Below are positions 10,801-20,509 of a DNA stretch of 64,000 bases, in pieces. The stretch spans positions 105,648,001 to 105,712,000 of the forward strand of contig CM052819.1 in assembly GCA_028534125.1 (NCBI GenBank), read 5' to 3'. Origin of the DNA: Lama glama (Eukaryota). Under the pieces are notes generated by a model. It worked only from the letters and a program-made list of their open reading frames with translations. It was not told the DNA's origin and did no database searches. The position numbers and the translations under genes are program-made. The stretch's first letter is position 1, and each line of letters starts with the position of its first letter.

Positions 10801-13549
10801 GCTGCGGGGGAAGGGCAGGCACAGGAAGCACACCCAGTTACTCATGGCGTGAACTCTCCCCGACGTCCCCGGGCCGACCAGCGTGTCCACGCACTCGAAA
10901 CAGTAGCATCTAGAGCCGGACAGAAAACCACAGCGACAGGAATGGCGCTGCCGCCACGGCCTGGCGACAGCCTGGAGCATCCTCAGGCAGAAGTGAGCCC
11001 GCTCCTCGCCCTGAGCGAGCGGTGGAGGCCACACTCAGGCTCAGGGAGGAGACAGAGGTGGCGTGCGGGGAGGCGAGTCTGTGGCCAGGGAAGGGGACCT
11101 GCTGCTCTTAGGGACCTGGGGAGTCAGGAACCCAGCCATCTGCAGAAGACAGCGGGGAACCCGGGGCAACAGCAGATTTCAGAGACGCCCCCAAGCCAGC
11201 TATCCTCCTCCTCCAAACTCCGGAGCCTGTGGAACCAGGTCAGGTCTCCCAGTAAACCCAAATCCCTAAGGTAGAGGGTAGATTTGGGGTGGAGGAGGGT
11301 GGCCCGGAAGGACTGAGGGGAGGGGACCACAGGTGGAGCTTGGGCTGGTGTGCAACGGCAAATGAACATGCCCTGCCTGACCCCGGCTGCAATGGGCGCC
11401 TGTGATCCAGGGGGCAGCTATGTCTCAGTGATAAAAACAGAAAGAAAAATCACAAACACAGCTTTTGACACCTCCCTCCCATAGGTCAAGGCTCTACACC
11501 AAATGAAGTATTTGAGACGGAAACTGAAAGCTTTGGAGAAACTCATCCTTTTAGGGGGAAATCCCCCTGCGCTCCTGGGTGCGGAGCCCGGAAGGACGGG
11601 AGTTTCCTAGGCTTGTGGGCAGCGGTCCCTCACCCCCCACCCGGCCCCCGGGCACCGCGGCCTCACCGGGTGCAGTCGGGGTTTTCGCAGATGAGCAACG
11701 TCTCTCCCGCGCAGCAGATGGAGCAGTAGGACTGGTACCCGTCGTCATCGTACAGGAAGAGGCACTCCAGGAACTTGTCCTTGGCGAGGGCAAACCAGGC
11801 TGCCTCCTCTGCTCCGAGGCCTCCACGAAGCCACGCCGACCTCCCCGCTTACCTTGCATGGAGCACACATCCCTCCCTCAAACAGAGGGTGCTGCGTGTG
11901 CACCTGGAAGCTTCCACAGCAGATGCACATGTCTAAGGTGGAAAAGCACAGGGCACCGTGTCATGATACCGTCAGACAGAGACACAGACACAGTAACAAG
12001 TTTAACAACAGAAGTGCAAGACCCGTGCAGCGAAAACCATAAGCCGCTGTTGAAAGAAATGAAAGATCAAACAGACGTGACGCTCATGGATCAGAAGACG
12101 AGGTATCGTTGGAGCGGCAAGCCTCCCCAGAGCAGTCGGCAGATCCCTCTCAGAATCCCAGCGGCTTTGGTTTTGTTTGTTCTGTTTTTTTTTTCAGAAG
12201 TTGACAAGCTAATCCTAAAATTCATATGAAAATGCGGAGGATCTCACATAGGCAAATCCACAGAGAAAGAAAGCAGATTCGTGGTTGCCTGAGGCTGAAA
12301 GAGGGGAGGTGGAGGGGTGAGGAATGGGAGTGACTGTTAATGGGGAGCAGTTTCTTTCTGAGGGTGATGAAAATGTCATTAAACTGGATTGTGGTGTTGG
12401 CTGCACGTTATCTGTGAATACGTTAAAAGACACTGACGTGAACACTTTAAATGGAGCATTGGGGGCCGCCGAGGCGGGGGAGGGCGTGAGCTGGGCGCGC
12501 GCTTCCTCCTCCCAGGGATGGACACCTGGGCAAGGCTGACGCCCCTTTGCCTGGGCCACCGTGCGGCCTCTCACCTTCTATGTCTCGCTGGTTCACCTGG
12601 ACTTCATAGGCGACAAGATCTGAAAAAGAAAAACAGCAGCCCTCCTCTGCCTGTCTCCTCATTTAAATGGGTAGAGAGGCGAGTTGATCTGCTGGCGTCA
12701 CAGGAGCCAGAGGACCACCGCCACCCTCTCCTGCACCTCGAATATCCGCGCTTTGGGGGTGGGGTGGGGACCCTTTGGGTCAGGCCTTCCTGCTCCTGGA
12801 TGACGTGTGAACACTGCAGAAGCACGGAACCCCAGACGCTGCCCGGGCCTGGGCTCAGCAGACTAAGCGGTAGGCCCAGTTCCTGAAGGAGCCCTGACCT
12901 CTGCGTGACCTGGGTGACGGAGGGGATGACAGCTCGCTGGAGCCCACCAGGATGACGTCCATGCTGTGCTCTGCCTCCAGGTCCACAACTAGGGCAGCGG
13001 CCATGGGTCACAAACCAGGAGACAGGACACGCACGAGAGAGGGAGAAAATGGCCCGTCAGCCTGTCTTGGAGCCTCCGGTCCCCAGCGTGGGGACTGAGT
13101 AGACCGCCCAGCTTAACCCCTACCCGCCTCCCACGGTGACACCTCCCTGTCCCAATCTGGGTGGTGAGCGCCCACCTGGAGAGGGGGCTGGGTGGATGCC
13201 CCCACCCAGGCCCCCGCCACAGTGTCGGTCAGGTGGGCCGCTTCTCCCCACAAGCGGGAGAACAGAGGGCGTTACAGGGCCCGAGGTACGCCACCCCCCT
13301 TGTACCTCCACCTGCGGCTGTGGGCCCCTCAGCCAGGCCGATGTTCCTGCCTCCCACACTGTCCCCCAGGCCCCAGCCTGTGGGCTCTGGGGCCGAACCC
13401 TCAAAGGCAGGAGGCTGGGGAGAAGGAGAAAGGGCCTCATGGATTTCACAGGGTGGCGGCCACCGCGCCCCATCCAGTGTCCCCGCTGGGTCAGGGTCCG
13501 AGTCGTCCAGGGTCTCCAGACTCAGGGTCCCGGGGGAGGAGAGGGCCAT
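1761..13549 (-). CDS. DNMT3L: DNA methyltransferase 3-like, multi-exon gene, 3'-partial. Exons: 13549-13441 (or 13450), 12988-12899, 12619-12575, 11932-11853, 11779-11667, 10909-10738, 8869-8782, 7654-7566, 5738-5663, 5138-4999, 1846-1761
   Basis: The spliced translation gives the ADD/PHD-like zinc finger ([46 protein letters not shown]) and the degenerate MTase-like domain ([36 protein letters not shown]). All internal junctions are GT-AG with consistent phases except the first donor. Confidence 0.97.
2800..3900 (+). mobile_element. Old, degraded LINE-1 ORF2 remnant in DNMT3L intron 10
   Basis: A-rich, L1-like motifs (ataacttaccaaactgacctcagaaaagactgaaaaccttaataga; tcaggaacaagacaggcatgtcc; atagtttcttacgcac). 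Confidence 0.7.
4628..4780. repeat. Imperfect (TG)n low-complexity tract
   Basis: gtgtg-rich tract. Confidence 0.7.
4999..5138 (-). CDS. DNMT3L: DNMT3L exon 10 ([16 protein letters not shown]...[24 protein letters not shown])
   Basis: AG/GT boundaries, 140 nt. Confidence 0.96.
5663..5738 (-). CDS. DNMT3L: DNMT3L exon 9 ([25 protein letters not shown])
   Basis: cag acceptor, gtaaga donor, 76 nt. Confidence 0.96.
7566..7654 (-). CDS. DNMT3L: DNMT3L exon 8 ([30 protein letters not shown])
   Basis: AG acceptor, gtaagt donor, 89 nt. Confidence 0.96.
8782..8869 (-). CDS. DNMT3L: DNMT3L exon 7 ([29 protein letters not shown])
   Basis: Poly-T tract and AG acceptor, gtgagt donor, 88 nt. Confidence 0.96.
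9072..9103. repeat. (GCAGGTTC)4 tandem repeat
   Basis: Four consecutive perfect 8-mers. Confidence 0.9.
10130..10327. mobile_element. MaLR (MLT1-like) LTR fragment
   Basis: caagaccctatttgcaaac..ttcacaggtaccaggggttaggactt..tatcttttgggg is a typical MLT1 terminus. Confidence 0.65.
10738..10909 (-). CDS. DNMT3L: DNMT3L exon 6 ([17 protein letters not shown]...KAFYDREA)
   Basis: AG/GT boundaries, 172 nt. Confidence 0.96.
11667..11779 (-). CDS. DNMT3L: DNMT3L exon 5 ([38 protein letters not shown])
   Basis: AG/GT boundaries, 113 nt. Confidence 0.96.
11853..11932 (-). CDS. DNMT3L: DNMT3L exon 4 ([27 protein letters not shown])
   Basis: AG/GT boundaries, 80 nt, ADD cysteines. Confidence 0.96.
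11960..12460 (+). mobile_element. LINE-1 ORF2 end and 3'UTR fragments
   Basis: gaagttgacaagctaatcctaaaattcatatg; ggttgcctgaggctg..gggagtgactgttaatgg..ggtgatgaaaatgt. Confidence 0.75.
12575..12619 (-). CDS. DNMT3L: DNMT3L exon 3 ([15 protein letters not shown])
   Basis: ttctttttcag acceptor, gtgaga donor, 45 nt. Confidence 0.95.
12899..12988 (-). CDS. DNMT3L: DNMT3L exon 2 ([29 protein letters not shown])
   Basis: TAG acceptor at 12991-12989, GTCAGG donor at 12898, conserved [11 protein letters not shown] motif. Confidence 0.85.
13441..13549 (-). CDS. DNMT3L: DNMT3L coding exon 1 ([36 protein letters not shown]); donor uncertain
   Basis: ATG at 13549-13547. The peptide resembles the N-terminal extension of non-primate DNMT3L as recalled. 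The expected donor reads ATGAGG; an alternative in-frame GT lies at 13449. Confidence 0.65.
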
Positions 13550-13845
13550 GGAACCGCAGAAAGGGCTTTCCAGAAACCAGCAGGAAAGCGGGGTGGTGGG
13601 CTGGCCGGGTTGGGGGACGCAGAGTGGGGGCAGGGTCCCCACGTGACGTGCGGGGGCGGGACAGGAGTGGGGGAGGGGGGAGTGTAGCGGAGCCCTTAGT
13701 GCCAGAAGGTGTTGGGTAGAAAGGTGAGGGTTCATGTGGGGGGGTGCTTCTGCTGGATGGGGGGGGTCAGAGAGCCCAAGGGGGTGAGGGGGAGGAGATT
13801 CCTCAGAGTGGGGAGGGATGAAGAGAAGAGATCCGTGCAGAGGAG

Positions 13846-14345
13846 NNNNNNNNNNNNNNNNNNNNNNNNNNNNNNNNNNNNNNNNNNNNNNNNNNNNNNN
13901 NNNNNNNNNNNNNNNNNNNNNNNNNNNNNNNNNNNNNNNNNNNNNNNNNNNNNNNNNNNNNNNNNNNNNNNNNNNNNNNNNNNNNNNNNNNNNNNNNNNN
14001 NNNNNNNNNNNNNNNNNNNNNNNNNNNNNNNNNNNNNNNNNNNNNNNNNNNNNNNNNNNNNNNNNNNNNNNNNNNNNNNNNNNNNNNNNNNNNNNNNNNN
14101 NNNNNNNNNNNNNNNNNNNNNNNNNNNNNNNNNNNNNNNNNNNNNNNNNNNNNNNNNNNNNNNNNNNNNNNNNNNNNNNNNNNNNNNNNNNNNNNNNNNN
14201 NNNNNNNNNNNNNNNNNNNNNNNNNNNNNNNNNNNNNNNNNNNNNNNNNNNNNNNNNNNNNNNNNNNNNNNNNNNNNNNNNNNNNNNNNNNNNNNNNNNN
14301 NNNNNNNNNNNNNNNNNNNNNNNNNNNNNNNNNNNNNNNNNNNNN
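13846..14345. other. Assembly gap (500 N)
   Basis: Run of N. Confidence 1.
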
Positions 14346-15281
14346 AGATTACCCTCATTTCTTTTCACTCTTTTTTTTCGTGTTTGTGGGCTCCTTCCAC
14401 AGGCTCTGGGCTTGTTTTCTTAGCTCTGGTACCTGCCCTGGTGGGTGAGGCTGGACAGAGGCTTATGCAGGCTTCCTGGCAGGAGCAGCCAGCGCCTGCC
14501 CACTGCCGGGTGAAGCTCGGTCCTGGACCTCTGGTGGGTAGGGCCGTGTCTAGAGGCCTCTGTGGCTCAGGAAGTCTGCTGATGGGTGTGGCTGTGTTCC
14601 CACTCTATATTGTTTGGCCTGAGGCTTCCCTACAGGCTGTTGGGTGGGACTCGGTCTTGGTGCTGATGATCCAGTCAAGGTGTCAGCCTCCAGCAAAGCT
14701 CATGTGGATGAACACTCCCCAAATGCCCAGCAGCAGCTTTTCTGTCCCCTGAGTGAGCCGCAGCCGTCCCCCACGTCCCCAGGAGGCCCTCCAAGTCCAG
14801 CAGGCAGGGCTGGCCCAGGTTCCTGTGAAATCACTGCCTCTGCCTTGGACCCGGTGCACGTGGGTTTCTGTGTACGTTTCCCAAGCAAATAGAGTCTCCA
14901 TTTCCCCCAGTCCCGTGGGACTTCTGGAGCTAAGTCCGGCCGGCCTTCGAAACCAGGTGTCCTGGGGTCTCCTCTTCCCCCAGTGCCAGAGCCGCAGTCT
15001 GGGGAGCCCGACGCGGGGCTCAGAGCGCTCACCCCTGCAGGAGGGCCGCTGCGACTGACCTGTCCTTCAGCTTGTGGGTCGCCCCCCGCCCCGGGGGTCT
15101 GGGGCCCAATTATGTCCTGAGCACGCCCCTCCTGCCGTCCTGCTGTGGGCCCCTCTTTGTGTTTCCAGCTGAAGCAGCTCTCTTTTGCTAGGTTCCAGCC
15201 TTTTTTCCCCCAGTGGTTGTGGGTTTGCTGTAGTCACAAGGAGAGGCGAGCCCGTGGTCTCACCGCTCTGCCATCTTGACC
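14346..15281 (-). mobile_element. LINE-1 5'UTR (with YY1 box) plus a short ORF1 remnant
   Basis: The minus strand begins GGTCAAGATGGCAGAG..GGCTCGCCTCTCC..AAAAAAGGCTGGAACCTAGCAAAA, a laurasiatherian L1 5' end as recalled. An ORF1-like 'KRVKRNEGN' lies next to the gap. Confidence 0.7.
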
Positions 15282-15284
15282 AGC

Positions 15285-16200
15285 AATCAGTACCACACTG
15301 TTGTAATTACAACAGCTTTGTAATAGAGTTTGAAGTCAGGGCATGTGACACCTCCAGTTTTGTTCTTCTTTCTCAGGGTTGCTTTGGCAATTCTGGGTCT
15401 TTGTGAGGCAGGAGGGCAGGGGGCAGGGCACAGCCATTCAAGGAATGACAGCAACTAACACCAGAGCTGAGGAAGATTCAACTCCCACTAGGCCTTGAGG
15501 ATTAAGACGGCAGGAGGTCTGACTTCTAGCAGACCTTGAGCTTCATCATCTGCTCAGCGCAGCGTATCAGCATGATAAATAGCACGCCCGCAGGCGCCAG
15601 GACAGCCCGAGGCCGAGGCCGACCACCGAAGGTCAGAGTGGGCGGTGGCCCAGCCCCTGGGAACCCCAGCCCCCTCCCCAGGTTAGCTGGAGTAGCCCTC
15701 GCACCTGCAGGTGTGAGGCTGTAAAAGCCAGCGGTAAAAGCCAGCAGCACCGCCCCTCCCGGCCGCCTCTCCTGCTCCCTCCCCTTTGGAGGCGGCCGCA
15801 CCCTGTCTGTGGAGCGAGTGCCTGCTTTTGCTGTAACCTGGGCACCACCCACACCACCTCATGGCCTTTCTCTTGTCTTTTGGAACAGGCTACACTCTAT
15901 ACAGCATGTGTTTCTCTAAATAAATCTCCAACTGTGGCTCACTCTTGAAGTCTTTCCTACGTGAAGCCAAGGACCTGCTGTTGGCGGGGCACGTCCCACG
16001 GGCTGAGCTGAGACCTGGGACTCGGCCCTCCTCACGCTTCAGGTCCGTTTTTCCTGCATCATTTGTGTTTCTACTCAAACTTTAGGATTCTCTTTTCTGG
16101 TTCTCTGAAAAATGCCATTGATTTTGAAAGGGGTTTCATCGACTCTGTAGGTTGCCTTGGGTGGATGGACATTTTAACAGTATTAGCTCTTCCGACCCAT
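15285..16200 (-). mobile_element. Older LINE-1 ORF2 fragment interrupted by a solo LTR
   Basis: cagtaccacactg..ctttgtaatagagtttgaagtcagg..ctgggtctttg, resuming after the LTR as tttgtgtttctactcaaactttagg..aaaaatgccattg. Confidence 0.75.
15404..16061 (+). mobile_element. ERV solo LTR (ERV1-like, 4-bp TSD)
   Basis: Termini TGAGGCAGGA...TCCTGCATCA form an inverted repeat; TSD TTTG at 15400-15403 and 16062-16065; AATAAA at 15919-15924. Confidence 0.85.
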
Positions 16201-16254
16201 GAGTGTATCATTCTAAATACTTCAGAATCTTTATTCTAGTTTTCAAAATGTGCT

Positions 16255-16381
16255 CTGTTTTTTGGCGAAGGGAGGCAATCAGATTTATTTATTTACTTGT
16301 TTTTAATGGACTGCTGAGGGGGGAACCCAGGGCCTCGTGCGCGCTGAGCATGCGCTACACCGCTGAGCTGTACCCACCCCC
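16255..16381 (-). mobile_element. tRNA-derived SINE (camelid Vic-1-like)
   Basis: Minus strand GGGGTGGGTACAGCTCAGCGGTGTAGCGCATGCTCAGC..GAGGCCCTGGGTTC: A-box and degenerate B-box followed by a (TAAA)n tail. Confidence 0.7.
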
Positions 16382-19300
16382 AGAACGTTTATTCCAAAAG
16401 AGTTCATTAAAACTCTTTCGAGTGGAGGGAAGCGAATGCTGATGATGACAGTGAAACCACTTTGCCCGTGTCTGAGCACCTTGTCTTGGTTGCTTTCTCC
16501 TCCTTTTGTTTAGTTAGGCTTTGCTTTTTAACTTGGACACCAGATTAAAAATGATTATCAGGACCAGAGTGACTGGGGTGCAGGCCCAACCCCCCGACCA
16601 CGTCACCTGACCCCCATGTCACGCAGCAGCCCCACCCTGTCCATGTTGTTCCCTGACAGAAGGGGGGTGCGGGGATTCTGGGGGCCCCTTCCAGCTCTGG
16701 GGAAGGGGTGGTCGTCTCGCTGCTGGACGTGAGAGCAGGGAGGGCGTCCTGGGGGTCAGGAGCACTTGGTCTGGCAGCGTGGAGCAGAGGCTCATGGAAG
16801 GTCCCAGAGCGCGGGACAAGCGCTGCTGTGGCCCCAGGACATCTGGGGCAGGTGCCTTCCTGTTGGAGTCCCAGGTCCTGCAGGCCCTGCTGCAGCTTGG
16901 CAGAGACCAATGTCGTCTGGGGGGAAGCACAGAAAGGAGGCCCATGTGGTTTGGAAACAGGTCTCGGAGGAGCTGGCCTCTTGGTGACCGGCTCGGTCTC
17001 CGAGGCCACCACCAGCATTAGACCCTGAGATGTCAGGCCACTCTGCCGGTGATGTGCACCTGTCCTCACCCACGGACCCCCCAGGCAGCCTGACGTTCAC
17101 ACCATGGGAGCGAAGGGCAGGACGTGAAACGGGGCTCCATCTCATCTCCACAGGGACCACTAGCGAGCTAAATCTCCCCCTTGCCTCGCACCCAGCAGCA
17201 GCCGCACCCCACGAGTGGTGGTCCTGAAGCTTCTGGGGTGAACCCCAGCCCTGCCCCCAACAGTCCAGGCTGCTATGGCAGGACATGTGCAGGGCTGGTG
17301 TGGGCGAGGTGAGGACCCATTGACAGCCCTGCACGAGCCCCCACATCCCTAGGGCTACAGTGGGCACGTGGTTAGATCCTGCCTGGCCTGGTGGTCACCC
17401 CCAGGTGGCCGTGAACACCCTCTGTGTGCTGGCCTGACAGGGTGACCCACAACTTGATCCCAGTTGGGCTCACAGGACCAAGGGCATCCTGACTCCAGTG
17501 GACCTCGGCCCCCTGCCCCGCTGGGCCTGGCAGTGGCCACATACAACCTGGGCAGAGACCATCCCGGTACCAGGGCACTGGCCAGGGTTCCTGGCACTGG
17601 GGAAAGACACCCCCAACCCTGCTCAGCCCCCATGCTGTCCTTTCACATTCCTGCCAGGCCCCCAGAGTAGCAGGGGGTCTCAGGGCCACACATCGGGCAA
17701 CTGGAAAGGGTTTTCAGGCATGCGAAGCAGGGAGGGGTCTGGGAGCCGGCGGAGGGCCGAGTCTCTCCTGGGACGCACACTGGCGGGGGGCATTGGGACC
17801 ACTGTCCCGAAGCCGCATCCGGGAAGCGACAGGCATGCAAGCGAGCGTGGAGGACTGGGATTCAGGTCTGTCCCTTTTTCTGCAGACACCAGGTGTGGGC
17901 TCCTGGCTGCTTGTAGGTCTTCTGGGCAGAGGAGGCGCAGAGACCGCCTCTCCTGGGCAGTGGGCCGTGGGCCGTGGGCCGTGGCAGGGGAGGGAGAGGT
18001 GCAAAGCACTGTGTCCCCACCCAAAGTGGGCTTGCCGACTCCAGACCCTCATGCTTCCACGGGACAGCAGGCTCCTGGGACGGGCTGGGCTCAGTCACCT
18101 TACGTTTCTGGGGCTGATTTCCCCAACCTATGCTTCATGCATCCAACTCCACGTGCAGCATTCATAAATGTACCTCGAAGGGAACAACCTCTGCTGAAAT
18201 AGGCTTGGGGGAAGTGGAGGGTTAAGTGGGCACTTTTTTTCCTGTGGGACTTATCAGAGCCTTTATGCAGTGATGGAAACTGTGAACCTCCAAGCAGGGG
18301 AAGGTACACAGCCCAGCCCAGACCGTCCTGACCACGGCGCCCTGTTCCCAAGGCTGCCTGTGACTGTGCTGCCAGAGCGTGGGAGGAGCTGCGGGCTGTG
18401 GCCCAAGGCTGGACAGGCCGGCAGGTGGGCTAGTCGGGCTGTAGCACCAACACCCTGGGGCCCAGGGCTGCGGCAGCACAGGCTGATAACCTGCCGCCTC
18501 CTCCTCACCATTGGGGTCTTGGCCCCTGCGCGGCAGACAGTGCCCTCCCACCTGGAGTGTGTGGCAGGGCAGGGGAAGGGAACACGGCGACCCAGAGTTT
18601 CAGTGGCCAAATCGGGTCACGTGACCCATCTCCACTGGTGGGTGGGGGTGCTTGTCACGCTCGCTGAGGGAACGCATGGATGGATGAACCAACACTCATC
18701 CTTCTCAAAACAGAGCAGTGGGAGTTAAAGAGAAATCTGCCCTCGCATGGGGCTTGACCTGCAGAGGACCAGGAAGTGACCCACTCGTCCTGAGGCTCTG
18801 GTCCGGCCCCCCTGCCCCCACTGCAGCTGCCTTGACCATTAATGACGCTTTGCATATGCAGGGAGAGCAGGTAGCCCTGACAGCTGCAAGCTGGCCCGGC
18901 CTCACAGCCAGGTCTCCGTGTACTCCTGGTGGACATCACTGATCTCACAGAGCACGGCCTCGGACAGGCCACTCCGTGTGTGACTGTGGGAGTGGAAAGA
19001 ACTAGAGCCTTTCCCAGTCCGCCTGAGCACGAAAGCAAGGGCGTGAGCCACCCACAAAAGGACCAGACGCCCCCTCCCCAGGTGACTGCCTCTCCTCTGC
19101 CGCTGGGTGTGAGTCCTGAAGATGCCCAGTCCCAGAACCGCTCCCCTGCCCATCAGCACCCCACCCACAGCTGCCACAGGGGGGCCTTGGGAGCAGGGCC
19201 GCCGGCCAGGACCCTGGTGTCTGGGCCCTCGTTCACAGTGGCGTCACCGCATTCATGTCTCTGAGAGTGTGGTGCTGACCCGCCCGCTTCCTCGATCTAA

Positions 19301-19499
19301 CCTGCTGTTTCTTCAAGCCCACTATGCCAAGACGGCCCCTCGACGACACTAAGGAAAGTGCCATCTCCCACCAGTGCACGGGCTACACGCTTCTACAGGC
19401 CAATACTCCAACGCACCCAAGTAGATGGTGGCGCGGTGCTGGGTCCCAGCCCCGAGGTCGGGCGGTGGAGTAAACCTTTCATGAAAATCGAGTCTCTCC

Positions 19500-20250
19500 T
19501 CTCTGTTTCTTCCTTTTTCTTTTTTGACTTGAGTGTTTGTCTTTTTGTTATTGATCCAAGAACTCTCTATATTAAAGGTATTAACTCTTACCTCATCCTC
19601 CCATGTATGTCACGAATACTGATTTTAATGTTTCCGTACATCTTTACACACAAATATCTTGCCTTTGTTGTACCTGTCATGGTTTTCACTTTCCTGCCAT
19701 ACTTAAAAGTTTCCTCTCCACCCCAAGATGATACTAGCCTTCATCTTTATTTTAGCATCTTACTTCACTTTTTAACTTCTGTCTTCAGTCTAGTCAGAAT
19801 ATTTTTTGGTGTTCGTCATGACTTTCGTGCTGATTAGCTGCTCTGAGCCATCTTCTCCTCCCTGCATTCCACAAGACGTCTTCGTCACGTGAGCATCCTC
19901 AGAGGTGTCTGGGTCTCGCTCCAGAGGTCTGCGTCTCTCTCCACCAGCCCTCCTGCCCTCCTCACTGTAGTTTTGTAATACGTGAGCTATCTGGGGCAGC
20001 ACCATCCTCTTCAAAAATGTCTCCTCTCTTGTTCATTCATCTTCCAAAAGAACATTAGATGCAAGTTCTAAAACCTCTTTAGTAATGGGATTGGAATTAC
20101 ATTAGTTTTAGGAAGCACTGCCTTTCAAAAATGAAATTAAGAAAATAAATCATGGTGTACATTTCTGTTTCTTTTTAAAAATTATATATGTCAATTATAC
20201 TTTAATAAACAGATACAAACAAATAAGTAAATAAATAATAAAAATAAAGT
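19500..20250. mobile_element. Ancient LINE-1 fragments (AT-rich)
   Basis: aactctctatattaaaggtattaactc (antisense ORF2-like) and an L1 3'-end-like tatgtcaattatactttaataaa with an A-rich tail. Confidence 0.5.
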
Positions 20251-20509
20251 AAATCAAATGAAACGTGGGCACTGCAGGTTTTTTCCTATCTTTATTTCTA
20301 GTTATCTGATATTTTGATTGGTATTGTGAATATTTTCCATTATATCCTATTTCTTTTTAATGCACAAATTAACATAGGCACGTTATTAAAATTCAAACCA
20401 CATTCGAGTGTACAGATTAAACAGGGAACCCCCATCTCACCGTCTCTGTCCTGCCCCAGGGCTCACATCTGTTATGTCTTTTTCCAGGTGGAGAGGTTTT
20501 CTTTTTCTT

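Noticed and set aside
13229-14752. Long ORFs spanning 13229-14752
   Set aside because: Artefacts of reading through the 500-N gap.
16300-16381. tRNA gene
   Set aside because: B-box is degenerate and there is an A-rich tail, so it is a SINE.
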